DNA from: a virus
Taxonomy: Duplodnaviria > Heunggongvirae > Uroviricota > Caudoviricetes
Virus record (IMG/VR): IMGVR_UViG_3300020158_000005
Span: 64,001 to 114,269 of that record
Strand: one strand, 5' to 3'
Length of the DNA: 50,269 bases
This document shows, in pieces, positions 18,244 to 27,529 of the stretch. The position numbers were made by a program, and so were the translations under genes. The notes beneath the pieces were generated by a model, which saw only the letters and a program-made list of their open reading frames with translations, was not told where the DNA came from and ran no database searches. Within the stretch, counting starts at the first letter, position 1. Every line of letters begins with the position of its first letter.

Positions 18244-18265
18244 AAACCCCCAATTAAGGGGGTTT
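18244..18265 (-). terminator. Intrinsic terminator after RNR
   Basis: AAACCCCC-aattaa-GGGGGTTT, followed by a T tract on the minus strand. Confidence 0.85.
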
Positions 18266-18268
18266 AGT

Positions 18269-21200
18269 TTATAATCTATCCTGAATTGAACAAGAATTTC
18301 CACTGCAGGCAATGGAAGCATAATCGCTAACATCTTTATATTCAGGCTTAGTAAGAATCTTTGAAAGGTCTACTTCTTTAAATTGTTTATCAATGGTTTC
18401 CCATTTATGCAGAATATGCACATCTTTTAAACAATATACCATATTATCTATGTTATTCTTAAAATAGTTCTTAGCAAATTTCTTAGCTCTATCAATCCAA
18501 TATTTCTTCAATAACACTTGTTCTCTTGTTCCTGCAATAGGTTCCGTTTTGTCCTTTACAGATTTACAAGCTTGCCAAAGATTACCATTAAAATAATGTA
18601 ACCCATCTACAATAAGTCCCGAAGCAAATAAAGCTCCTGTACCATATTTAGCAATAATTTCTTCTAATGTAACTAGTTCTGTTAGGGGGGCTTGATTCCA
18701 CTCTCTACTACCAAAGTCACTTAAGAAAGAAATAGCTGTAAAAGCATCTTTATTATCCCAAATATAGTCAGCACATTTTTCCTTATCTCCTTCTCCTAAC
18801 ACTACTGTACAGGATACATTATGATTAATACCTCTATATCCACATAATTCAGGAACAGTTCCTGGCATTACCCAGTTTTCTTGTACTAATTTAATGTATT
18901 CTAGATGTTTTACACCCAGTACATCTTTCTTTAATAAGGCATCTTTATTATTCGCTACAGGAACATATACAACATAATCAGTTTTACTGTCACTATGTAC
19001 ACTTTCCTCTATCATATAAGGTCTATTTTCGGCTAACCACTTAGCTACGGTGTTTTCTTTGTTAATTTGCATCACTCTAAAATAGTTTCTAGCTTCTTCA
19101 GCAGAAATACCACCTACAGTCATAGCAATAACACTAGAATTACCTCCAGGTTTAACACAAGTAGTACGAGCAGCTTGATTGATTCCTATCATATCAGCTA
19201 CTATTTTGTTCGTATTCACTACTAATGCAGCACCTTCTCTTAGCCATTCTGGGTTAAATAGCTTAGGATTATTCATCCAACCTATTACAGAAATTCCTAA
19301 TAAAGCTTCTTTCTCAAAGATTTTTTCACTCACCTCTCCTAAATAAGGGAAAGACGTATAACCTGCTTGACAAGTTCCTAATATAGCAGAATGAACACAA
19401 GCTTTCAAAAATAACTCTTTTGTAGTACATTTTTCAGCTACAATTTCATTTAAATTACATTGCTTAGTTAAAACATTATTAAATACTCCTTGGTGTAATT
19501 CTGTTTCTTCAAAACAATATGAGTTATGTAAACCTGGGAGTAACTCTATAGTATCTATAATTTGTACTTTTCCTTTTTTAGTTGGTTCTTCTTTTGATAA
19601 CTCTCCTTTTGAACACCATAGCTCGGAACAGTCTGAAATTTGTAAATACCATATATCTTTATTTCTAATAGCATAGTTAGTTTTTACTCCTTTTTCTTGC
19701 ATTAAATTAACAGAAGAATCTATCCCTATTTTTGTTAGCAACAACTGGCAATCTCTAATTTTACTTTCTTCCCCATAAATTCTCAGCTTGCCATTATAAG
19801 TAATTGTACCGTCAGTATCTACCCACCCAGCAATAAAATTAATAATACTCTGTTTATTCCAAGTAAACACTTTAGATGGTAAACCTTCTTCATATTTTAA
19901 AGAAACCGAAAAATCTCTATCTAATTTATCAAAAGTTACATTATAATAATCTCCTGATTTTGTGGTGTTTAACACTTCACTTTTTTTACCACATATAAAA
20001 GGGAAGTCTAAATGAAAATTAGATTTATAAACAGAGGCAAAAGGTAGTCTTGATTTACCATTTTGATAATTTCTACACGTACCGTCACCTAATAGAAAAC
20101 CATAATCGTAAGCATATTCTTCTAAGACACCATCAGTATATATAATATTAGATTTAGGTACTGAAACTTTATATTTTTCAGTATTATTCAATAATTCAGA
20201 TAGTTTTAACTCTCTGTAGTTTTCTTCAAATCTATTTTTAACCAAAAACTTATGATTTTCTGTACAATCAAGATAGGACCCATCTGAAAAACCCACTCTA
20301 TATAGATTTCTATTAACACCTGTTAATACAGGCTTAACTTTTGACCATTTAACCCCATTCCAAATCTCTATTTCTTCCTTATTTTCCGCAACTTCTCCAA
20401 TAACTCTAATTCCATCTCTAGTTATAAGTTTTGTGTTATATTCAACACATCCCTGTACTCCAAATAAATCTTCATTAACCTTTGTAAACTCTTGAATATC
20501 ATCATAATGTATTTTACTTAAATCCCCATCATAAAGAATAGGTAGTTTACTAATTTCAAAACAAGGATTGAACATATCAAACCAAGAGTTAGCAAATACG
20601 AATCCAATATCATTTTGTCCACCATTTAGATTTACAAGATAATCAAACTGTTCTTTTGTTACTAAATTACGTATTAATATAACGCTATTATTGGTTCTTT
20701 CTCTTTGTTTGTTTTCAGAATACCAATTCCCTGTTTTAGCTAATATCATTTCCTCGTCATTAGGGTCTACGATGAAATCCAAAGCAGCTCTTCTCACGCC
20801 ACCACTAAGTACAGCATTAGACAAATGGCAAATAACATCTCCAACTACAATAGGTCTTAATTCATTTCCTTCTGTAATCATCCAATTATCTAACACTTGC
20901 TCTATTTTTTCAAGAGCATTTTTAAGGGGTTCATAACCAGGGGCTTTAAATCCCCCAGAGATAAATGTACCTTTTTCACGTATACCGCTACCATCGAACT
21001 TAATCTTATACCCTGTATATTCAGGAAAAGGGGCTTTATCTACAAAATAAGAAGACATTAATACACCTGCTGCATCTGCCCATCCTTCAATACTATCTTC
21101 AATTACAAATGTTTTTGTACCTAATAATCTAGGCTGAATCTTTGAAATATTCTTAACAAAAGGAATTAATAAACCTACACCTACTCCACAACCATTTAAA

Positions 21201-21523
21201 GCTAGATAGAACACTTCTTGAAAAACTCTGTTTCTTGAAGCATGCGTAGAAGTACAATTGTACATCCTAAGATTACTCCTTTCTATTTGTTTATATCTAT
21301 ACTGTAAATTCCTTTGTGAAGCTAAAATAAGCATATCACCTAAAGAGTCTTCTACTTCGTTTAGTAATACATTTAATTCTTCATTTTGATACTTTATTCT
21401 ATGCCCATTAATAATGTCCTTAGAAGCATCTTTCCATGTTTCATACCTACCTTCATCCATCCATTTAAAATAATCTGAATGTAATTTTAGGTCAGATAGA
21501 AACTTTTTTCCTTTGTTTGTCAT
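18269..21523 (-). CDS. nrdJ: Class II (B12-dependent, RTPR/monomeric-type) ribonucleotide reductase with intein
   Basis: YNCT, DSIEGWAD, SGGVRRAA, NPCFEI, (QG)CNLNEI, TTCVKPGG and C-terminal ACSGNSC; no nrdB in window. Confidence 0.88.
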   Translation of the reverse strand: MTNKGKKFLSDLKLHSDYFKWMDEGRYETWKDASKDIINGHRIKYQNEELNVLLNEVEDSLGDMLILASQRNLQYRYKQIERSNLRMYNCTSTHASRNRVFQEVFYLALNGCGVGVGLLIPFVKNISKIQPRLLGTKTFVIEDSIEGWADAAGVLMSSYFVDKAPFPEYTGYKIKFDGSGIREKGTFISGGFKAPGYEPLKNALEKIEQVLDNWMITEGNELRPIVVGDVICHLSNAVLSGGVRRAALDFIVDPNDEEMILAKTGNWYSENKQRERTNNSVILIRNLVTKEQFDYLVNLNGGQNDIGFVFANSWFDMFNPCFEISKLPILYDGDLSKIHYDDIQEFTKVNEDLFGVQGCVEYNTKLITRDGIRVIGEVAENKEEIEIWNGVKWSKVKPVLTGVNRNLYRVGFSDGSYLDCTENHKFLVKNRFEENYRELKLSELLNNTEKYKVSVPKSNIIYTDGVLEEYAYDYGFLLGDGTCRNYQNGKSRLPFASVYKSNFHLDFPFICGKKSEVLNTTKSGDYYNVTFDKLDRDFSVSLKYEEGLPSKVFTWNKQSIINFIAGWVDTDGTITYNGKLRIYGEESKIRDCQLLLTKIGIDSSVNLMQEKGVKTNYAIRNKDIWYLQISDCSELWCSKGELSKEEPTKKGKVQIIDTIELLPGLHNSYCFEETELHQGVFNNVLTKQCNLNEIVAEKCTTKELFLKACVHSAILGTCQAGYTSFPYLGEVSEKIFEKEALLGISVIGWMNNPKLFNPEWLREGAALVVNTNKIVADMIGINQAARTTCVKPGGNSSVIAMTVGGISAEEARNYFRVMQINKENTVAKWLAENRPYMIEESVHSDSKTDYVVYVPVANNKDALLKKDVLGVKHLEYIKLVQENWVMPGTVPELCGYRGINHNVSCTVVLGEGDKEKCADYIWDNKDAFTAISFLSDFGSREWNQAPLTELVTLEEIIAKYGTGALFASGLIVDGLHYFNGNLWQACKSVKDKTEPIAGTREQVLLKKYWIDRAKKFAKNYFKNNIDNMVYCLKDVHILHKWETIDKQFKEVDLSKILTKPEYKDVSDYASIACSGNSCSIQDRL
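19460..20449 (-). mobile_element. Intein with LAGLIDADG domain and C-terminal Gln, 330 aa
   Basis: Starts CVEYNTKLIT, block B CTENHKF, GFLLGDG and AGWVDTDG motifs, ends NNVLTKQ followed by Cys. Confidence 0.92.
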
Positions 21524-21550
21524 TTAATTTTGTTTGATTGTTAAAAAATA

Positions 21551-21582
21551 GAGGGTCGCAAATATAAGAATTCACGACCCTC
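21551..21582 (-). terminator. Terminator-like hairpin with a -7 promoter element in its loop
   Basis: GAGGGTCG-16 nt-CGACCCTC followed by TATTTTTT on the minus strand; loop contains TATATTTG. Confidence 0.65.
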
Positions 21583-21608
21583 CTACCAATAGTTTTTAAA
21601 CTTATTAT

Positions 21609-21788
21609 TTAATCTTTCTTGTTTAAGAATCTATAATAAGTTAATTCTGCTTCTATCTCCATAGCAAAATTTTTTAACAAATTCTCCACATCTCGTATCA
21701 ATATCATACCACAATCTTCACATTGTCCCTCTTTAAAAGGGAGTTCTTTCTCCTTTATTTTAGTAAGATATTTAGTTAACGTTGTCAT
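21609..21788 (-). CDS. Small CxxC protein (59 aa, absent from ORF track)
   Basis: MTTLTKYLTKIKEKELPFKEGQCEDCGMILIRDVENLLKNFAMEIEAELTYYRFLNKKD; start overlaps upstream stop. Confidence 0.6.
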   Translation of the reverse strand: MTTLTKYLTKIKEKELPFKEGQCEDCGMILIRDVENLLKNFAMEIEAELTYYRFLNKKD

Positions 21789-22597
21789 ATTAATTCTTTT
21801 AAACTATGAATCCTCTTATAGCCAACATCATAACGTTCATTATGCGGAGTGTCATATAGGAAACAACATATTCCTGCAGCATTAAGAGCTTTAAAATTAT
21901 CAAAACTATCATCTACAAAAATATCAATTCCAGCTTGTTTAGCTACATCCACTTTAGATTGTCCCACACCTACACAAAATACAGGTTTTGTAGGAAAACC
22001 ATTATCATCCAACCATTTAGTAGTAGTTACTACTGTACATGGTCGACTAGTAATGTAACAAGCAGGTTCAAATGGAATATCTTCTGCACTAATTAAAGGT
22101 TTTAATCCTGCATAAAAACTTTCCAAAATTCCTTTTTCCTTCATATCAACAAATCTCTGCACAATCTCCCTATCGAAGAACCATGATGTAGGGGCATCTT
22201 TAATATCGTAAAGCTCTCTCCAACCTCCTAACCAGTCACATAACACTTCATCAATATCTAATCCAATTTTAGGTCTTTGTAAATATCCATGAGCTCTGTC
22301 GTCTCCTTGAGGATAGATTTTGTAATAGGCTGTAAGAAAATGTGCATTACAAGCTAAATGAGCAGCATGCAATTCTCCTGTTTCTCCATCATAATCTTCC
22401 CCTTTTTTAATAGCAGCTAAATGTCTTTCTAATGATGAAATAACATTGCTCCATTTCATACCTAATTCCCAGTTTCTTTCAGCATACTTTTGAGCCCCTT
22501 TAGTAAGTATTTTTACCATTTCTTCATGTGCATAAGGATGCACTAAATCATAACGTAATTTTCCTTCGTTAAAACGAAGTCCTCCTCCTTGTTCCAT
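21785..22597 (-). CDS. Fusion of dATP/dGTP diphosphohydrolase (DUF5664-like) and HAD 5'-nucleotidase-like domain
   Basis: N-term GLRFNEGKLRYDL...GAQKY..RNW..GM....SSL.RH...D.ETG..H.AH..CN..FL; C-term IGLDIDEVL...YITSRP...IFVDDS. Confidence 0.8.
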   Translation of the reverse strand: MEQGGGLRFNEGKLRYDLVHPYAHEEMVKILTKGAQKYAERNWELGMKWSNVISSLERHLAAIKKGEDYDGETGELHAAHLACNAHFLTAYYKIYPQGDDRAHGYLQRPKIGLDIDEVLCDWLGGWRELYDIKDAPTSWFFDREIVQRFVDMKEKGILESFYAGLKPLISAEDIPFEPACYITSRPCTVVTTTKWLDDNGFPTKPVFCVGVGQSKVDVAKQAGIDIFVDDSFDNFKALNAAGICCFLYDTPHNERYDVGYKRIHSLKELI

Positions 22598-22600
22598 TTA

Positions 22601-22939
22601 TTAATTATTTAAGAATTCAAAACCTACTTCTATAGCTGATTTTGTAAGGACTTTTCTATTACTTATTTCATTAATAGTTAAATTAACATATTGCTTTTGG
22701 CTATCAAGAAAATCTAATACAGCATATTGATTAGCTGCTAAAATCACCATAGCATATTGACTTGCCATTTCATCGGTAATTTCAGGTACTACAATATCCG
22801 TTTTATCTGCTATTTCTGCCATCATAGTGGTTTGCATGTCTACAAGCTCACCTTTAGCCCATTGTTCCATTAATCCCTTGGTTTTGGGATATTTAGCTAA
22901 TAGGTCTGTTGCCCATTGCATTTCATCTTTCATATTCAT
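22601..22939 (-). CDS. Hypothetical protein
   Basis: 112-aa ORF in the operon. Confidence 0.65.
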   Translation of the reverse strand: MNMKDEMQWATDLLAKYPKTKGLMEQWAKGELVDMQTTMMAEIADKTDIVVPEITDEMASQYAMVILAANQYAVLDFLDSQKQYVNLTINEISNRKVLTKSAIEVGFEFLNN

Positions 22940-22941
22940 AT

Positions 22942-23660
22942 TTATAAATTTATAATGTTACCATTGTTAATAACCCCTTTATCGAATCTTCCATCTTCTA
23001 CTAACGAACCATTACTAAAAATAGTGTCTAATCCAGATAATGTCATAGTTCCTTGATTAATACAGTCTTTAAAGCGATGAATATGCCCAAAGCACACTAA
23101 CTTATGTGTGCTATTCATACAATGTTTTAAAAGACTTCTATCCCCACATTGCTCAAAATCATTATTTCTATTCTGAGTTAGGTCAAGTATACCTAATGGA
23201 GGACCATGACTGATAAGAATATCAGTAGTAGGTTCAACCATTTCCCATATTTCGTTCATCTTAGCTCTATTCTTATTAAATGCCCATCCTTCACCAAAAG
23301 AGGGTGTAATTGGAGTACCAAAGATACGAAATCCTTCTATTTCAGTGTAATCATTTTCTAGATAAGTTATTCCAACACTATGAAAATCAGAAGGAGTTAC
23401 TCTTCTTCTTTCGATAGCTAGGTCATGATTCCCAGCCGTAGCTAGCTTATGCTTTATTGGTAGAGAACCCATCCATTCTATAAAATCCCTACATTCTTTT
23501 TCACTTTGAATTAAATCCCTAGGATTTGACATATCTCCTGAGAATATAACCATATCCACTTCAGGAACTTTAAGTTGTTTGTGGAAAGTATGCGTCACGT
23601 ATCCGAGATATGCCATATGGTTAATGACTTATCTCGGATATTATTTTTTAAATTTATCAT
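22942..23660 (-). CDS. Calcineurin-like metallophosphoesterase; the N-terminal 21 codons (23660-23598) are out of frame with the body (23592-22942)
   Basis: Body has SGD, AGNHD, ISHGPP and FGHIH motifs; motif I (ISDT-H) is split by a 5-nt insert containing TGA. Confidence 0.8.
23600..23640 (-). promoter_or_regulatory. 11-bp perfect hairpin ending at the candidate take-off codon
   Basis: TATCCGAGATA-19 nt-TATCTCGGATA. Confidence 0.7.
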
Positions 23661-24519
23661 AAATTATATTTTTAAGTTCTAAATTAAAACATTCAGTATG
23701 TCCCTCAAATTTACTAATAGGCTTATATTTTAATGTTTTAAATCCTTTTAAATAATACTGTTCTATATTAGATATTTCTGTAGAATTACTTTCATATTCT
23801 AACAATATATTATATTTATAATTTTTTACACCATGATATCTTTTTTTAATATTTACACGGGTAATTCCTATTTTTATAAATCTCTCAGTCTCATTAAAAA
23901 ATTCTAACATATAAAATATACATTGTTTGTTTTTTGATTTCTCTATCCAATGTGTTCTACTAAAACTTGAATTATCTTTTTTACATATAGGACATCCTCT
24001 ACCTAATAAATGACTTTCAATAAGAGAGTTAAATATACCATGTTTTTCACAAAATACATCTATTTTCTTTTTACTATTTGTATAATCAAAAACAGGGTAT
24101 GAATATTTATTATTATGTTTTTTATTAGCTTTAAAACAAAATAAGTCATAAGGTTTAGTACATGATACTATAGATACAGGATGACCTTGTAACAAATCAT
24201 AACATTGAGGTTCATATTGAAATCCATTATTATCTTGAACTAATAGTTTACTTTTCATACCCTTATAATTAATAAGAGTAAGGTTAGGAAAAATAGTATG
24301 TATCTTTCCTTGAATATATTTATATTTATCAACAATACTATAACAATTTGTTTTGTGCTTAAAAACTCTTCCAGGCATACGTTTAAACTCATTACCCTCT
24401 TTATCTTTAAATATAAGAGGAGTAGATAAGTTTTTAAAATAAACTATTTCATAGTCAGGATATAACTCTTCAAATTGTTTAAAGAATAATAAAGTCCTAT
24501 CTTTAAAGGAAATACTCAT
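23641..24519 (-). mobile_element. Free-standing homing endonuclease-like gene (repeats plus CxxC zinc motif plus C-terminal GIY-YIG/T5orf172-like domain)
   Basis: CEKHGIF...HLLGRGCPIC; FYMLEF...FIKIGITR..IKKRY...GHTECF. Confidence 0.75.
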
Positions 24520-24695
24520 TCTTTTATTTTTACTTTTGCTTCATATCCACATATAGGACAGAAATTAACTTGGTTTCCATACTCTTCATTATCAACAAAA
24601 AGTTTTCCATCTTCATCTTCTGTACAAGACGTAATAGCTTTACCCCAAAGAGTAATATCTGCTTTTTTAGATAGTACACATTTATGTATTTCCAT
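24516..24695 (-). CDS. Small Zn-ribbon protein (59 aa, absent from ORF track)
   Basis: MEIHKC...SC...NFCPICG; stop overlaps the HEG ATG. Confidence 0.65.
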   Translation of the reverse strand: MEIHKCVLSKKADITLWGKAITSCTEDEDGKLFVDNEEYGNQVNFCPICGYEAKVKIKE

Positions 24696-24700
24696 CTTTT

Positions 24701-25258
24701 TTAGTTTAAAGATTCTTCAAATTTATTATTTAAACGAAAACATTCCCTTTCTACATTATACAACCCCCAACATTCCTGTTCTGGGGTGAATATAGTATTA
24801 AATTCTTTTTCCCAAAAAGTTTTCAAATATTTATGTTTATTAAATACTAACCATTGCAAAGAAAGTAATTCTTTCCCATTATCTTTAATGGATTTCATAA
24901 ATAAATTCTTAAATTTACTACTCACTTTACTATACTTACCTTCCAAAATAATTTTATAATCCTCATCAAACTCTGCAGGTAATCTATAAACAAGAATTAT
25001 TTCTCCTGTAGGATAGTCAAATTCGTCCAATATTATAGAACCCCTCTCTTCTTCGGTCATTATAAATGCATTAAACCAATTCATGTTCTGTGGACGAAAT
25101 AACACCTGTAAACTATTTTCATAAGTGATGTCTTCTTCCGCATTAAACAAATAAGTGTTAACATACCTATTTTGTGTACATAAGTAAGGAGAAATATTCA
25201 GGATTGGTTTTAGAAATAAGGCAGAAACATTGGCTGTTTTTAAGCTTTCATCTATCAT
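24701..25258 (-). CDS. Conserved-looking hypothetical phage protein
   Basis: 185 aa; FLKPIL, NTYL and EGKYSK.S..FK pattern. Confidence 0.7.
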   Translation of the reverse strand: MIDESLKTANVSALFLKPILNISPYLCTQNRYVNTYLFNAEEDITYENSLQVLFRPQNMNWFNAFIMTEEERGSIILDEFDYPTGEIILVYRLPAEFDEDYKIILEGKYSKVSSKFKNLFMKSIKDNGKELLSLQWLVFNKHKYLKTFWEKEFNTIFTPEQECWGLYNVERECFRLNNKFEESLN

Positions 25259-25259
25259 T

Positions 25260-25451
25260 TTATTTATATTTAGTAGTGGCTTCCTTTACTTTTTGCAATA
25301 ACTGTTTACTCTTAAATATGTGATTACTTCCATAAGATTCGTCAGGGAAATGTTCTAAAGCTAATTGGCACTCTAATAATAAAAAGATGAGATGGCTTTT
25401 TTCAGCTAGCATACTTGCTACTTGTTTGTCTGTAAATGTTACTTCAGTCAT
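25260..25451 (-). CDS. Hypothetical protein
   Basis: 63-aa ORF in the operon. Confidence 0.55.
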   Translation of the reverse strand: MTEVTFTDKQVASMLAEKSHLIFLLLECQLALEHFPDESYGSNHIFKSKQLLQKVKEATTKYK

Positions 25452-26568
25452 CGTATCTTAAATTTAATTTAACCATCTGGTTGTTATCAAAATTTTCTTT
25501 ACTAATATCAAAGATGTTATTCTCCATAGCCCAATTGACTTCCTCAAATAAACCTCTTACACCAGCATATTTTCTACCATTAATACTAAAACCATCTAAA
25601 GCTCTTAAAAAGTCTTGCTCTGTAGTTTCAAATATAAGAGGTTTAAGATTATCTGATGAAGTGTCTATAACGATAAAATTAAAAGGTAGTAAAGCATAAT
25701 CTCCTATACCTTGTTTATCCATCCATTGTAAAATACCTAAAGAATAGAAACATTGCTGTACATAATATCCATATTTCAAATAAGAATAAGCAAATCCTTC
25801 ACTATCGTATACAGCTTTTGTATCATATGGTTGTACTGTCTTAGTTCTATGGTCTACGTCAAGCTTATCTACCTCTTGTTTACATTCAATCTTATTACCA
25901 AATAATGTTTCATATTCCCATTCTATAACAAGATGGTTATAAACATTAAATCCGTAGTCTTCTGTATATTTAAATAAGGGTCCTACTTTTTCGTCATTTA
26001 ACACTTTTTCGGCAATCTGTTTAGCTTTTTCTAGTAGTCTAGTGTCTATCACCATCTTACCTACAGCTTCCATCTTAGATTTGAAATATTCCTCTTCCTT
26101 ACTACCTACAAAAATATCTACTACCTTACTTACTTCCTTACCTTTAAATTTACCTAATCCTTGTACATAATCAAATGCTTCGGAAAATCTAGCTAAGAAT
26201 GTAGAGGTAATTTCTCCATCTATTGTATCTCTCATAGTGAAATCATACAACTTATCAGATAAATCAAACATTTGTCCATCTCCTCTTACACCTTCATATA
26301 AATAGAATTGTTCATCTAGACGTTGTTCAAATTCCTGGAAATCTGCATTACATTCTAGCATAATAAAATCCACAATACTACCTAACATTAAACTGTAAGT
26401 AAGCTTTTCTTCTCTTTTTTCTCCTAAAATAAACTCCTTATAGAATTGTCTTGGATTCTTATCATACGTTTTTAAGGCTGATTGGTTTATCTTAACGATT
26501 TTTCTATAATCGGTTTTGGGTTGTTCATAACGAACAGTGTCATCTTGTTTTAATTGTCCTTTTATCAT
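25444..26568 (-). CDS. PD-(D/E)XK exonuclease (RecB/Cas4/ExoVIII-like)
   Basis: INQSALK, LGSIVD, KQEVDKL.VDH...PYDTK, YGY.VQ..FY. Confidence 0.75.
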   Translation of the reverse strand: MIKGQLKQDDTVRYEQPKTDYRKIVKINQSALKTYDKNPRQFYKEFILGEKREEKLTYSLMLGSIVDFIMLECNADFQEFEQRLDEQFYLYEGVRGDGQMFDLSDKLYDFTMRDTIDGEITSTFLARFSEAFDYVQGLGKFKGKEVSKVVDIFVGSKEEEYFKSKMEAVGKMVIDTRLLEKAKQIAEKVLNDEKVGPLFKYTEDYGFNVYNHLVIEWEYETLFGNKIECKQEVDKLDVDHRTKTVQPYDTKAVYDSEGFAYSYLKYGYYVQQCFYSLGILQWMDKQGIGDYALLPFNFIVIDTSSDNLKPLIFETTEQDFLRALDGFSINGRKYAGVRGLFEEVNWAMENNIFDISKENFDNNQMVKLNLRYDD

Positions 26569-26864
26569 AGTTTTCTTAATATTTTAATTCTATTAGCAAT
26601 ATACCAAATTCCACCTTGACTTAAAGGTCTTTCTACTGCATCGTATTCTTCTATTTCCACTTCATACCATACTCTACCTGTTTTAGTTAAATGTGGGGCA
26701 TCAGGAGCATGGGTACAATGCCATCCATATCTTTCTTTAAAGCCTTTTGTAGGATGATTTTCTGCTGTAAGCCAAACATTTGTACGATAGCGAGCTCTTT
26801 TATTGATAAATAAAGAGGCAATTTTACCATCCTTCATTTCTCTAAATAACTTATATGCTATCAT
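26565..26864 (-). CDS. Hypothetical protein
   Basis: 99 aa; AYKLFR...SLFINK, RPGW-like RYGWH..PDAPHL. Confidence 0.65.
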   Translation of the reverse strand: MIAYKLFREMKDGKIASLFINKRARYRTNVWLTAENHPTKGFKERYGWHCTHAPDAPHLTKTGRVWYEVEIEEYDAVERPLSQGGIWYIANRIKILRKL

Positions 26865-27223
26865 AGTAAATAATTTATTGTTACTTTAGTACCTCTTCTA
26901 GTTAATTTAAATAATTTTTCTGATTTAACATCTAAAATAATGCAATTATCATTAAAAACTTGCTCTTTCTTTTTTATACGCTTAAAAATATGGTCGCAGT
27001 AGTTTACAAATTCTCTTTGTGTCATATTAGGTTTCATACCTATTAACATAGCACTAGGTGGTAATACTTCTCCTTTGTAAAAAGCTTTAGCTGTTTTTTT
27101 ACTAAATTGGTCTTTTTTACTACAAGGAATAATAGTAGCAGTACCCCTGTCATCATAAAATATGGCTAATCTTCTACCTTTATTGTCATAAAATGCATAG
27201 GTAGCAAACTCATTTATTGTCAT
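26861..27223 (-). CDS. Hypothetical protein
   Basis: 120 aa; CSKKDQFSKK motif. Confidence 0.65.
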   Translation of the reverse strand: MTINEFATYAFYDNKGRRLAIFYDDRGTATIIPCSKKDQFSKKTAKAFYKGEVLPPSAMLIGMKPNMTQREFVNYCDHIFKRIKKKEQVFNDNCIILDVKSEKLFKLTRRGTKVTINYLL

Positions 27224-27356
27224 ATAATCTGTTTAACACTTTATCAAAAATATCAAATACTTCCTTACCAATTTTCTTTCTTAAAGGTAGTACATTTATT
27301 GTAGTGGCATCAAAATAAGCTTTTAAAGCTTCCACTTCTTCATTACTTAATGTCAT
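27210..27356 (-). CDS. Small hypothetical protein (48 aa, absent from ORF track)
   Basis: MTLSNEEVEALKAYFDATTINVLPLRKKIGKEVFDIFDKVLNRLYDNK. Confidence 0.5.
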   Translation of the reverse strand: MTLSNEEVEALKAYFDATTINVLPLRKKIGKEVFDIFDKVLNRLYDNK

Positions 27357-27529
27357 AGACTAATATTTTTATCAATTTTATTAAGGCAATATTGCTTTAA
27401 TTGTTCCCCTAAAGTAATAAGTCCTACACCTATAATACCATTAATCTCCACTATATTATCAATTACATCAGCTAGCGTGAACTTTTCCTCTAGAATCAGC
27501 TTCTTTAGCTCTTCTTTTTCCAGTTTCAT
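27353..27529 (-). CDS. Small hypothetical protein (58 aa, absent from ORF track)
   Basis: MKLEKEELKKLILEEKFTLADVIDNIVEINGIIGVGLITLGEQLKQYCLNKIDKNISL; overlaps the 3' end of the HNH gene. Confidence 0.5.
   Translation of the reverse strand: MKLEKEELKKLILEEKFTLADVIDNIVEINGIIGVGLITLGEQLKQYCLNKIDKNISL

Noticed and set aside
23602-23616. ATG 23616 (MAYLGYVTH) as the true phosphoesterase start
   Set aside because: It lacks the motif I Asp and sits within a stable hairpin; not fully excluded as a minor start
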